Shown here: one piece after another, positions 11,559 through 23,744 of the stretch
How positions within the stretch are numbered: position 1 is the stretch's first letter
Layout: each line of letters opens with the position of its first letter
DNA from: Eledone cirrhosa
Lineage: Eukaryota
Length of the DNA: 64,000 nt
Assembly (NCBI GenBank): GCA_964016885.1
Contig: OZ024742.1
Coordinates: 222,766,001-222,830,000, forward strand
Reading direction: 5' to 3'
Program-made: the position numbers and the translations under genes
The notes under the pieces: generated by a model
Seen by the model: the letters and a program-made list of their open reading frames with translations, nothing else
Databases searched by the model: none
Told to the model about the DNA's origin: nothing

Positions 11559-13866
11559 CATCATCATCATCATCATCATCATCGTTTAACGTCCGTGTTC
11601 CACGCTTGCATGGGTTTGGACGGGGGTTTTCCCACTTGAAGCAAGAGTGATTGTCTTGCTCGCATAGGACTGTCTGGCGGGTTTTCTACAGCTGGATGCC
11701 CTTCCTAACACCAACCATATTTACAGTGTGGGGCTGGGAGGTTTTTACCGTGATGCCTACTGACTGTAGTAGGTTTTACTTTGTATTTAGGTAAGGCGGG
11801 TCTTCTCTATTACTGAGTACCGCCAAAGGTCTCGGTCCAGTGACATTGTCTTGGAGAGGTGTAAGTGTGTGAGGTCGGAATTTATCAGCTCGTCCCAGGT
11901 TTTTCTGGGTCTGCCTATTCCGTGGCTACCGTCTATCTTTATTGCCCTGCACTTTGTTATACAGTTATCGTCTTTCATGCGCATCACGTGACCATACCAA
12001 CGTAGCCTTCTCTCGAGTAAACAACATCTGATCCTTCTTATTTCTAATTTTTTCCTTAGTTCGTCTATGCTTTGCTGTTCACGTATATTACTATTACACA
12101 TCCAGCGGAGCATGCAAGCTTCGTTCCTCTCTAGTCTGCGTATATCCTCTGCACACAATGCCCAGGTCTCACTGCCATGCAACATTGCTGTTCGTATGCA
12201 GGCATCATACAACCTGCCTTTCATTTTTAGGGAGAACCCTTTAGCGGCTAATAGTGGTATAAGCTCTCTGAACTTTTTCCATCCAGTTCTGACTCTAGCT
12301 ACTGTACTTTCAGAGCACCCTCCCCCACTGCTGATTTTGTCACCCAGGTAACGGAAGCTGTCCACTATTTCTATAGAACCTCTGTGCAGTTGAAAGAGCT
12401 AGTATTTTGTGGGTACTTGCTGCTACTTATTGCACCAGAGCACCGGCCACATGTAAAATCTATGTTCTTAGTTAGCTTACCTGTGATCCCACTACATCTT
12501 TTATGCACCCATACTTTGCATTTGGGACACAAAATGGAGTTTCTACCTACGCCTTTCCTACACACTGAGCATGGCCACTTCCCGGAAGGGACCACCGCCT
12601 TATTTTCTTTCTTATAAACTAGAACTTTAGTCTTAGCCAGGTTAATTTTAAGGCCTTTTGATTCTAGGCCGTGCTTCCATGTTTGGAATTTCTTCTCTAG
12701 CTCGGCCATTGATTCAGCTATGAGTGTTAGGTCATCTGCGTATAGGAGTTCCCATGGGCAGCCGGTCTTGAACTCCTCTGTTATAGCCTGAAGGGCAATA
12801 ATAAATAGTAGAGAGAAACGAAGCCTGCATGCTCCGATGGATGTGTAACAGTAATATACGTGAACGACAAAGCATAAATGAATTGAGAGAGAGACTGAGC
12901 ATAAGAGGAATCAAATGCTGCGTGCAGGAGAGGCGGTTACGCTGGTATGGACATGTGATGCGTATGAAGGATGACAGCTGCATAAAAAGGTGCAGAGCAC
13001 TAGAAGTTGATGGAAACCGCGGAGTGGGGAGACCCAAGATGACTTGGGATGAGGTGATAAAAGCCGACCTTACCCAACTACACCTCTCAAAGTCAATGAC
13101 ACACGACCGTGACTTCTGGCGTCACGCAGTAATACAGGGTACCCGACCTCCCATGGGTACATGCTGAAGCATATAAACAATATGCCCCCCCCCCCCCCCC
13201 ACCGCAAGGTGGTCGTGGAGGTGCCACGGCAAAAAAGCACCCAGCCCACACTGTAAAGTGGACGTGTAGGCGCCACGAAAAAGCACCCAGCACTCACTGT
13301 AAATGAGGTTGGTGTTAGGAAGGGCATCCAGCTGTAGAAATCAAGCCAGATCAGTTCCTGTATGAGCAAGGCATGGTCAGCCGACCAGACACTGCCCACA
13401 ACAGGACAACCCGTCTAACCCATGCTAGCGTGGAAGAACGGACGTAAAACGGTGATGATGATGAGGGGGCTGAGAACAGAGCCCTGATGGACGCCAACTT
13501 TTACGCTAAACTCTTCACTATATTCGTTGTTAATTCTAACCTTGCTGACTGTTTATTTATACATGGCTTGTATAGCTCTCACAAGCCATTTGTCAACACC
13601 TAGTTTTCTAAGAGCCCACCAGATAATGGAACGGGGGACTCTGTCGAAGGCTTTGTCCAAGTCGACAAAAGCTAAGTATAGGGGTTTACTTTTAGCTAGG
13701 TACTTTTCCTGTAGTTGTCGTACAATGAAAAGAGCGTCTGTGGTACTTTTGCCTGACACAAACCCGAACTGCATTTCATCTAGATCAATTCTCTCTCTGA
13801 TTAGTTGTGCTATTACTTTTTCCATGACCTTCATGACCTGGTCGATTAATTTAATGCCTCTATACT
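11559..13866 (-). mobile_element. RTE LINE copy (same subfamily as 30018-32372), 5'-truncated, interrupted by a nested insertion
   Basis: ORF fragments 13553-13834, 12371-12709 and 11787-12365 are near-identical to the 30 kb copy; (CAT)n tail at 11559; short actcat duplication at both ends. Confidence 0.93.
12811..13464 (+). mobile_element. 3' fragment of a related RTE subfamily nested in opposite orientation
   Basis: ORF MLRWMCNSNIRERQS...RLRWYGHVMRM...GRPKMTW, its own 3' UTR and (GAT)n tail. The host sequence aatagta|gggggctgag resumes on either side. Confidence 0.9.
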
Positions 13867-13960
13867 CATTTCTTTAAAAAAAATTAATTTAATTTCTTGT
13901 GTGTGTGTGATATATATTTGGTTTATGTTATCAAATCTTTATTCCTCATATCTTTTGCAG

Positions 13961-13990
13961 GGTTTGGTTGAAAACACTTTAAATTTTATG
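13961..13990 (+). CDS. UBE3B: UBE3B exon 8, 30-nt microexon (GLVENTLNFM)
   Basis: tcttttgcag|ggt ... atg|gtaaga; phase 0-0; fills the gap expected from the human protein. Confidence 0.8.
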
Positions 13991-14369
13991 GTAAGATTCA
14001 GTTTCTTCTTCTTACCTGATTTATATTATTTAAAAAATTGAATTTAGTACAAAAGAGTTTCTATTATTGTAACTCTCTTCTATACTGCAGATATTTTTTA
14101 ATAATCCTAACTTTGAAAAGATAACTAAAAAATTCCTTTATAAAAACAAGAGTTGTGGGGAAGGATTTAAGATGTCCTATAATTTATCTTTGTTAAACAT
14201 CAAATAATAATCATAATAGTTATTATTGGGTTGATGGAATTGTTAGAGGCATTTGTACCAACTCTTTATGTCTAAGTTTAAATCCCACTGAAGTCAACTT
14301 TGCCTTTTATTTTCATGATTGATAATATAAAGTACCAATCAGGTACTGGATTGTTGCAACTCACACTTA

Positions 14370-14960
14370 TGCAGATGGAACAGGCTTCCTACAGAGTTCG
14401 CATCTCATAGGAAGTTTTCCAGTTGTTTTAATGATAGGGGCCCATCTTATCATGTTGTTGTTACAGCTCACACATATTCAAGTTTAGCTGGCCTCCTATG
14501 AGGTTGTATATAATAGGAGGTGCCTTGGGTGTTCTAATGATAGGGGTCTCAATTCTATTATAATGCTACAGATGACACCTGTACAGGTTTAACTGGCCTC
14601 CTAAAAGCTTATGTCTCATAGGAGGTTTCTTAGGTGCTTTAATGTCAGGAGCTCCAGTTCTATCATGTTACAGCTATTAGCTGGCCTCCTATATGATTCT
14701 CATAGGAGGTTTCTTTGATGCTTTAATGATAGGGGCCCAGTCTTGTCATGTTGTTACAGCTCACAGCTATGAAGGTTTAGCTGGCCTTCTATGTTGCAAG
14801 TTGTAGGAGGTATCTTGGGTGCTTTAATGATAAGGGATCCAGTCCCATCACGAAAATACTCTCCTCTGGATCGGACACTAGTCCATTGTAGAGGTTAACC
14901 TCAGCTGCTACTGTTGGTACTCATTTTTACTAGCTGAGTAGACTGGAACAAGCAATGTTT
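14370..14960 (-). repeat. SINE-associated tandem repeats of about 85-110 bp
   Basis: Recurrent tttagctggcctcctat...ggaggtttcttgggtgctttaatgatagggg; opposite-strand relatives at 5330-5535 and 23967-24270 follow a tRNA-like head. Confidence 0.65.
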
Positions 14961-15170
14961 CTGGTAATTGTAACATAATTCATTATTTAATAATGTTATA
15001 TCTCTTCCTACAATGTTAAACATTAACAGAAATGATTGTCATAATTTTTTTCAAAATGTCATAACATATTTTAGGAATGCCACCATAATATATTTCACAA
15101 TGTCATAATATATTTCAAAAGATCATATTTTTCAGTAATGCCACAATATTTTTTTTCTTTTCTTTTTCAG

Positions 15171-15283
15171 AATGTCATGATTTATTTACTGGATAGTTGT
15201 AAAAAATACGTCCAAAGTAAGAAATCAAACTTGACGTTGTGGCATCCTGTTTTGGGATGGTTCTCACAGAATACAGACCAAAG
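15171..15283 (+). CDS. UBE3B: UBE3B exon 9 ([37 protein letters not shown])
   Basis: tttttcag|aat ... aag|gtcagt; 113 nt, phase 0-2; diagnostic [17 protein letters not shown] motif. Confidence 0.96.
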
Positions 15284-16168
15284 GTCAGTCATTCTCTACT
15301 GTTGCTCCACCTATTCATTTTGTTATTACATGTGTGTCTCTTCCTCTTATGTAGCAATTCTTACACTACAAAATCATCCATAATTTTAATCTGCACATGA
15401 TAAAGCACACCCTGTACATACTATAAAGTGGTTGGTATTAGGAAGGGCATCCTGCCACAGAAACCATGCTGAAATATGGAATGTATGAGCAAGGTATGGT
15501 CATTTGACTTATCAAATCTCAGGATGTGACAACCTGTCTAACCCATGCCAGCATAGAAAATAGACATAAAACTATGATGATGATGATGATGATGATGATG
15601 CTACCATACTTCTGACGAGAATATGCTGCCTCTGTATTTGAATTATCAAACTAATCAATAATTATGAGAGGTGTCATGAAATAATTAACTTTCAACTTAA
15701 TGGTTTCTACTATCAGCACAAGGCCAGTAATTTGGAGCAAGGGGAAAGTTAATTAAATTCACCCCAGTATTTGACTGATAGGTTATTTTATCGACCCCAG
15801 ATGGATGAAATGCAAAATTGACTTCAGCGGGATTTGAACTCAGAATAAAAAGCACCAGAGCAAATAGTGCCAATCCACTACCTTAATGTTCAACTTAATA
15901 ATAAAACACAAATATTTAACCACTGAAATCAAATATTATCTGTCTTGTAGTAATGATATTTCAGTCCAAAGTTTGAATTTAAATTTGAGCAGAAGTGAAC
16001 AGAAGCAGGTTGTTTTTTTAAATAGTAAACGTTCATTTTGCCATACTTATTTAACCCATTTGATACCGAATAACCTGAAACCACTCCTGGTTCTATGATA
16101 CTAAGCTGTTTATTTTCAAATGTTTATATTTATCTAAAAACCTTCCATCATAATTTTATTTAAGAACC

Positions 16169-16929
16169 TTTAACCCTTTAGCATTTAAACCGGCTGTATC
16201 CGGCCAGACTTCTCTGTCTTTCTGTTCAAACCAGTCATAACTGGCTACTCATATTGGCATTAACCCTATAATGTTCATACTGGCCAAAACTGGCCAGAAT
16301 TCTCTACCTTTTTCTGTTGAAACTGGCTGTAACTGGTTACTCAAACTGATGTTAAGGTATTGTTCTCAAAATAAATACTTTCAAAATATGTGAGATAATT
16401 ATGTGAGATAAAGCATTTACCATGAAAATATAATAGTATATGGAGGCACATGGCTTAGTGGTTAGAGCACTAACCTTGCAATCGAAAGGTTGTGAGTTCA
16501 ATTCTTAGACCGGGTGATGTGTTGTTTCCTTGAGCAAGACACTTTATTTCACATTGCTCCAGTTTACTCAGCTGTAGAAATGAGATGATAGGACTGGGGT
16601 CCATATCATTCCACTGCAAAGTGGTTGTGGAGGTGCCACGGCAAAAAAGCACCCAGCACTCACTGTAAATGAGGTTGGTGTTAGGAAGGGCATCCAGCTG
16701 TAGAAATCAAGCCAGAATCAGTTCCCGTCCCACCCTTGCAAGCAGGGAAAAAGCGGACATAAAATGAAATGATGAATGAAATGAAAGTAATGTGAATGCT
16801 AAAGGGTTAAGGTATTGTTCTCAAAGTAAATAACATCAAAATCTCATAGATTCGATATTATGTGAGGTAAAGCTTTTACCATGAAAATATAATAGTATAT
16901 ATAGAATAATGTAAATGTTAAAGGGTTAA
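16169..16929 (+). mobile_element. MITE family 1 composite (internal duplications plus SINE insertion)
   Basis: ttaaccctttagcatt start; aaagggttaa ends at 16810 and 16929. Confidence 0.75.
16441..16785 (+). mobile_element. SINE family A copy inserted into a MITE
   Basis: Near-identical to 6836-7167; interrupts the MITE sequence aatagtata|...agtaatgtgaatgctaaagggttaa. Confidence 0.88.
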
Positions 16930-17544
16930 GTTATGCTCCAGACATCAGCTAGATGAGGAAGTTATATTACCAAATCTTTCCATATTCTTGATTATATTTA
17001 TAATGAAAGGTTTTTAAATAAATATAAACTCATTAAAACAAACAATTTTATAAATTTAAATAATTTTAAAAGCCATACAATGCATTAGAAAAATAAAGGT
17101 GCCAAGATAACGATAGAATTTTACCATAGCAAATTTAATTATCCCAAATATTTTCAGGTTTAAAAACCCATTACCAAGGGAGTATCCCTATGAAGATTTT
17201 AAAGGACCAGTCGGAGATGAGTTATTGTTACGATGGCAGATTGTAGAACCGGGGGTTTGGTACTAAAAGGGTTAAGATAGATATTTGAAACCTAACCCAT
17301 TAAAAGTTTGTACATAAAATTATGATGGAAAGCTTTTAGATAAATATGAACATTTTAAGATAAGCAGTTTTGTATCATAGAACCAGAGATGGTTTGGTAT
17401 CAAAAGTATTAAGCTGCTGTTTGGAACATAACTTTAAAAAGGTTTTAGATATATGCTAAAACTTTAAATAGCAGATTTGTATCATTTGTTGAGTCAGAGG
17501 CAGATTAAGATTGCTTGGAGACTCTGACTGAAAATTTCATTTTG

Positions 17545-17945
17545 TATAAGTTCCAAAAGCAAGTGGTCAAAATGGTGTTCCTCTGAAGAAGTAACGTTAC
17601 TTGATAAGTTGTGTAGCTTGGCGATTAGGAAGTTACTCCAGGTAGAGTCACTGCTTCTCTGCATCAAAAGACAACAGTTCCGGTACTATGGACATGTGGT
17701 TAGAATGTTTAAGGAAAGAATTGCTGGACAGATTTTACAGACAAAACTAACTGGCAGGAGACCCAGAGGTAGACCACGAGCAAGATGTTTGGATAACATC
17801 CATAAACTTGGTTGGTCTCATTTGGGGATCCATCCAGATCATTTGGCGATGGTTGTTTTTAATAGGACCTTCTGGAAAGTGTGTTTAAGGATTCTGTCTC
17901 TCGACCCTCTCAGGAATAATTTGGGCGAAGAAGAAGAGAAGAAAG
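17545..17945 (+). mobile_element. 3' fragment of a second RTE-like LINE family
   Basis: ORF QFRYYGHVVRM...GRRPRGRPRAR; (GAA)n tail; a related - strand copy lies at about 34910-35310. Confidence 0.75.
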
Positions 17946-18101
17946 TTAATTGAAGCTCTTTAAATATTGTGGTCTCTGGCCACAACTCAGTCAGAACCAT
18001 CCCTCCCACTAACCCACCATTGACAGAGATGGTTTGGTATCAAAAGTGTTAATCTCCTTCTCGGTTTGATTCTCTCTCTAAATCTGTTTGTGTGTCTCCA
18101 G

Positions 18102-18259
18102 TTTACACGAAGCCATGCCATATGTTGTGAAACAACTACAGCTAATGTGGAGTAGTAAAATGATTCGACTTTTGTTCAGTGAATTACTGGAATATGTTGA
18201 TGCCAATAAACAAACACAGCAACAGACAGCCAAGCCCAGTGCCTCTTCACCAACTACAG
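18102..18259 (+). CDS. UBE3B: UBE3B exon 10 (LHEAMPYVVKQLQLMWSSKMIRLLFSELLEYVDANKQTQQQTAKPSASSPTT)
   Basis: gtctccag|t ... acag|gtgagc; 158 nt, phase 2-1; KQLQxxW motif. Confidence 0.92.
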
Positions 18260-18299
18260 GTGAGCATATATTATATTGTCTTGGTTTTTCATTTCCATT

Positions 18300-18705
18300 A
18301 CCATTGTTGATGATGATGATGTCACCATCATTATCACCATCATCATGATCATCATCACCTCCACCGCTCCTACAATTATCATAATAACCTCCATCACAAA
18401 CACTACCATCTTCATCATTATGACCATGGCCACTGCCATCACTACCACTGCGGCCATCATTGTTATCATTATGATGACCACCAACATACTCATGATCATC
18501 ACCACTATTGCCGCTATCACCAATATGACCATCAACATCATCATTGACCATCACCATCATTAGCACCAACACCTTCACCATCACCACTTCCACTACCAAT
18601 ATCATCATTATCAATATTACTATCATCATCACCACTAACACCACTATCATCACCACCACCATCACCACTATCATCACAATCATCATGATCATCGCCACCA
18701 CTAAT
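18300..18705. repeat. Degenerate (CAT/CAC)n trinucleotide tract
   Basis: Directly visible; accounts for the spurious ORFs at 18078-18756. Confidence 0.95.
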
Positions 18706-18935
18706 GGTTTCTTTGATATGGAATATATTTGAGTGAGACCTGGTCACCTGAGTCATCTAAGTGGACAGCTGCTCCAAATAAGTACTGACTTAGTCTGTAA
18801 CAACCCACCCAACCCTTGCCAGCAAAGATGATGATGGTGATGGTAGTAGTGGGAGGGGGTGATGACAATTTAAGTGATGATGATGATGCTGATGTAGTGA
18901 TTATGTGTTTATCTTTGTGAGTATTTTCATTTCAG

Positions 18936-19007
18936 AATATAATTCCAACTCCTTCACTCAAATGTATTCATTTACTGTAAGTGGTTTCAGCAATTCTAGA
19001 AAAATTG
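18936..19007 (+). CDS. Candidate alternative (cassette) exon of UBE3B, 72 nt, (E)YNSNSFTQMYSFTVSGFSNSRKI
   Basis: tattttcatttcag acceptor and ttg|gtaagt donor. Symmetric phase 1-1, matching the host intron, and stop-free in the host frame. No homology support. Confidence 0.5.
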
Positions 19008-19258
19008 GTAAGTTATATATCACTTAGAGAAATCTTTAGTTCCTCACTTAATCCTTTCATTGCTAAACACTCTAGTGAAAAACACTGTTTATATTTTTTA
19101 AATAATTTATGATGGAAGGTTTTTACATAAATATAAACACTTTAACCCTTTTGTTGCTATATTTGTAATGATAAAAATAACCACATATAATTCTCAAATA
19201 ATTTAGAAAATGATATTATTTAGTAATATAACTAACTTTTATTATTAATGTGTGTTTG

Positions 19259-19676
19259 GTGGTGGATTGGCAGTATCGGTAGAGGGTCGGACGCCATGCT
19301 TTCCAGCATAGTTACGTCCCTTTACGGTCTGAGTTCAAATCCCGCCGAGGTTGACTTTGCCTTTCATCCTTACGGGGTCGATAAAATAAAGTACCAGTAA
19401 TGAACTGGGTAATTGCTGGCCTTGTGCCTAAAGTAGAAACAATTATTAATGTGTGTTTGTAGGCGGTGGATTGGCAGTATTGGTAGAGTGTCGGACACCA
19501 TGCTTTGCAGCATAGAGTTACGTTCCTTTACGGTCTGAGTTCAAATTCTGCCGAGGTTAACTTTGCCTTTCATCCTTACGGGGGTCGATAAAATAAAGCA
19601 CCAGTAACGTACTGGGGTCGATTTAATCGACTTTCCCCTCCCCCAAATTACTGGCCTTGTGCCTATACTAGAAATC
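19259..19676 (+). mobile_element. Two tandem SINE family B copies inside a MITE
   Basis: Copies at 19259-19441 and 19460-19676; TSD attattaatgtgtgtttg at 19241-19258 and 19442-19459. Confidence 0.88.
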
Positions 19677-20589
19677 ATTATTAAGTTGGTGTTTGAAACA
19701 TAACATAAGAAAAGCTCTTAGATAAAATTTATGTTGGAAGGTTTCTAGATAAATACAAACACTTTAACCCTTTCATTGATTTTTGAAGAATTTAGAAAAT
19801 AATTAAGAATTTGGAGGGATATAGTAATATAACTTTTTTTTTTATCAAGTTGGTGTTTGGAATGTAAAGGTTCTTACATAAAATTATGGTGAAAGATTTT
19901 TAGGTGAATATAAACATAAAAAAAAATACAGTTTTGTATCATAGAAACCTAAGTCAGTTTCAGACAGTTTTTACATCAAAAGGGTTAATACACTGCTTGC
20001 CTATTTAAAATGTTTGATCTTTCATATCAATGTTGTTTGTTTGTTGTTGTTTCTCAGTTGGAGCAATTATTCTCATAATTAGCTCATTTCTTTGTGTTGT
20101 GTTGCTGATGTATTTCACTTCAGCTTTATTATTAACCCTTTTGTTAATGTATTTCTAAAGAAATACACTGCCTATATGTTTCAATTAAGTTTGAAGATAA
20201 TATAAAAAATTGGAGGGATTTAATAGCTTTTTCATTAGTAAGCTGATGTTTGGAACATTACTTAGCAAAAATCTCTGAAGTGAAATTATGATGGAAGGTT
20301 TTAATGTAAGCATAGTCATTTTAAAATGGACAGGGTTGTTTTGTATCATAAAACCAGGTTTCAATTGGGTTGATGTTACCTGTTACTAGATTTCCCATGA
20401 AAGTTACAGCATATGGTTTTCAAATCATTTTGAAAATGTTGGAGAATTTGAAGGGATTTATTAATATAAGTAACTTTCTAATTATTCTAATAATTTAATT
20501 TAACTTCTTATAATATAACTTAACTTTTTAATTAAGTTTTTTGGAACATAACTTAACAAAAGTTCTTACATAAAATTATAAATGTAGGA

Positions 20590-21830
20590 AAGTCTGAATA
20601 AGTAGGGAAGAGGCAGGAAGCCGATACTGTCAGGGAAGGGACTTTGTTCGACATATTGAAAAAAAGTGAGCAGAAATTCTATGTGTACACTGTGTAATCT
20701 ATAGACACATAAGAGATGTAGTGAGGTTATGGGCAGGTTAATGGAGAAGATAGACTTTATATGCAGCAGATGCACAGAAGTAAACACTAAAAGCCCATGT
20801 GAAATAGATTCTCTCAGTTGCCAGGGAGGTTCCCTTGAGGTTGTTGACAATTTTTCTTATCTAGGTGACCTAACCAGCAGTGGTGGAAGATGCACTGAAA
20901 GCATGGTCACCAGGGGAAGAACAGGCTAGAAAACATTTTTGAAGCTTGTACCTCTGCTGACAACAAAGGCTTCCCTAGAGTAGACTGTACAATGCCTGCT
21001 TGCCAACTGCAGTGCTACATGGCAAAGACATGGCTTTGACTGCTAAAGACTTGTGAATGCTAGAAAGATATGAAACGTGTGTATTCTGATAGATATATAA
21101 CATTAGTGTGCATGAACGATGTAGTATAAGTGAGCTAAAATAAAAACTTTGCATAAGGGGAATAGGATGTAGTGTGCAGAAGAGAAGACTGTACTGGTAT
21201 GAACATGTGATACATAAGGAAGATAACAGCTGTATAAAAAAGTGAAGAGAAATCTCAGTGGGTGCGACTCATGGAAGAGGTAGATCTAGGAAGACATAAT
21301 ATAAGGTAGTAAAGACTGACCATAAGAAGCTGAGTTTCACAATGGGAATGACAAAGGACTGCGAGAATTGGCAACATGCAGTAGTTGAAGACCCGCCTAC
21401 CCATCCATGTGTCCCACACATGTCCATAGTATATTCACTGTCACTGTATATCTGACTCCACTCTTAGCCACCTTCACCTTGTTTGAATCCTAAAGAGCCA
21501 GTCATAATACCTTAGTAGCTGTTTGTATCATAACTATGTCCTCTTTCCTCTCTCATTTTCTTGACAATTCACACCACACATGTAATACATCCATTTGTCA
21601 TCCCCACCCACCTATTGCCCTTTACCCATGGCATACTCTCTAGACCCCCCCCCCCCCATAGAGTAGAGAAGGCTCATCAGTGGAGTCAAATGTTGGTACC
21701 ACAATAAAATGCTCCCAGTACACTCTTTAAAGTGGTTGGTGTTAGGAAGAGTATCCAACCATAGAAATCTTGTCAAACGAAAGGTCAGGAAGATTTTTCA
21801 GCGGTGTCAAAGATATGACACCCAATAAAA
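20590..21830 (+). mobile_element. Old degenerate RTE fragment (finger, thumb region and 3' UTR)
   Basis: DFICSRC...VVDNFSYLGD residues with many stops; the 3' UTR resembles 60-650. Confidence 0.8.
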
Positions 21831-22235
21831 TGCACCTGGTGTACTCTGTAGTATGTGGGAACCTATGTAAGCAATATGTGGGCCCCTGACTCATCAAGTC
21901 AGTAGCTCTGATTCAGTACTGACTTGGTCTGTAAGGAGATGATGAAACCATTCTGAAGTTATTTTTTATCATGGTTTGTAAAAATCCTACCTCTTGCCAG
22001 GACTTGTGACCAGCAGACGGTATCAGCATTGGAAAGATGAATGGAAATATTGTTTTCCGAGTTCTAGCTGATGATTAGTTCCTTTCTTCTGCTATGAGTT
22101 ACGCCCAACAGATAGTATCAGCAATGGAAACATCAATGTTTCCCCAGTCTGATCCTTGTTTTTTTTTCGTTTTTCTTTTGTAAAAAGTTTATTTCAATTT
22201 AATTTTCTTTACTACTAACATCATTATTTTTTCAG

Positions 22236-22391
22236 GCTTTCTGAAAAAAGCTTTTGAAAAAGCCTCTTCAAAGAACTCTTGTGCCAAAATCAAACTTGGA
22301 AGTCATGTTGCACGAGCCACTTGTCTACCGTGTGACCTATATCAACAAGCTATCAATACTTTAAGTCAACTCAGATTAGATATTCTGGGAG
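22236..22391 (+). CDS. UBE3B: UBE3B exon 11 (GFLKKAFEKASSKNSCAKIKLGSHVARATCLPCDLYQQAINTLSQLRLDILG)
   Basis: ttttttcag|gc ... ggag|gtaagt; 156 nt, phase 1-1. Confidence 0.93.
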
Positions 22392-23744
22392 GTAAGTTCT
22401 AGAAGGATTTTTATTTCATACACTTTTTTTTTCTTTAGACTTCTTTCACATAGTTTTGTTTTCATTCTTGTGATGGAAGTGTCAAGGAGAAATGGAATGA
22501 GATGACTGGGTTGTGTGATGGAAGAGGATGAAAATAACTGTGGGGAGGAATAGAGCCAATGATGAAAGTTGGGAAAGAGAAATAGAATGAGATAGTTGGA
22601 TCATGTGTTGAGGAAGGATGAAAGAGACTGGGTGAGAGGAGTGATGGGAATGAATGTGGAAGGAAGTAGAGGAAGAGGAATACCAAGAAAGACATGGCTA
22701 AAGACGATGGAGAAGGAGAGAAAAGCGAAAGGATTAGTGAAGCAGGGATGTAGATGATAGGGCAAAATGTGAAGGCTGTCATGGGACCTTCAAGGCTAAC
22801 CCCTATTTTAGAAGTGAAAATGGTATTAAAATGCTTGTTGTTGTCTTGTTTATCCCTTTTTGTTTCCTTTTTCATCCATTTTTCCATGCTTGCATGGGTT
22901 GGATGAGACTTTTCGAGGCAATATTTCTACAGCTGGATGCCCTTTCTGATGCTAACACATTATTATCTTTTTAAATACAGTATATACTATTGACTTTTGT
23001 GATACTACTAAGCCAAACTGCCTTGAATAGATTTAGTTTAACATATCAACCCTAGTAGTTATTAATTAAGTCTGGTAAGTATATTATTGATCTCTTTTTG
23101 TTGATCCACTATGTCAAATAAGTTGGTGCAAGTTTGTATGATTCACACATGAAAAATGTAGTTTTCCCTTTTTGTGCTTTCATGGTTTGGACAGGTTATC
23201 ACAATCTGAGACTAGATAAGTTAGGGATCCACATCTTGCCCAGACATTACATATTTTGGTATCTATGGCTAGATGCCCTTTCTAATGCCCACCACTTTAC
23301 AGTGTGTACTGGATGCATTGTATGTAGGCAACAACTCTATCACTTTGCAGAGTATACTGGGTGCATGTTATCATAGCACCAACACTACCACTTCATAGAG
23401 TGTACTGGGTACAGTTTATTGTGGCATCAGCACTACTACCTTACAGAATGTACTGGGTGTATTTTATCATTTGCAGAGTGTATTGGGTGCAATATACTTT
23501 GGTACCATCACTGAAGAGGTTATTGAATCTTCAACAAGACTGAAGAGATCTCTCTACTCTATTGACTCTGCTAGAGTGTGCTGGGTACATTTTATCATTC
23601 CATTCCGCTGTACTGGAGAGATTGTCAAGTTGTCAGTCACTACAGAGTTTGTCTCATTTATTGTCTTGTTAATGTCCATTAATCCATTGCTTACCACTCT
23701 ATGCTTGTATGCCACTTAGTGGGTTTTTTTCTCTCTTCTTACAG

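Noticed and set aside
12811-13464. Twin-priming inversion of a single LINE
   Set aside because: The inverted piece is a diverged subfamily with its own 3' UTR and tail, and the host sequence resumes uninterrupted, so it is an independent nested insertion.
18078-18756. Several long ORFs on both strands
   Set aside because: They are products of the CAT/CAC trinucleotide tract. Only 18102-18259 is a real exon.
22462-22887. 141-aa minus-strand ORF (also ORFs at 33561-34178)
   Set aside because: Low-complexity purine/pyrimidine-biased sequence or repeat-derived, with no recognisable domain or splice context.
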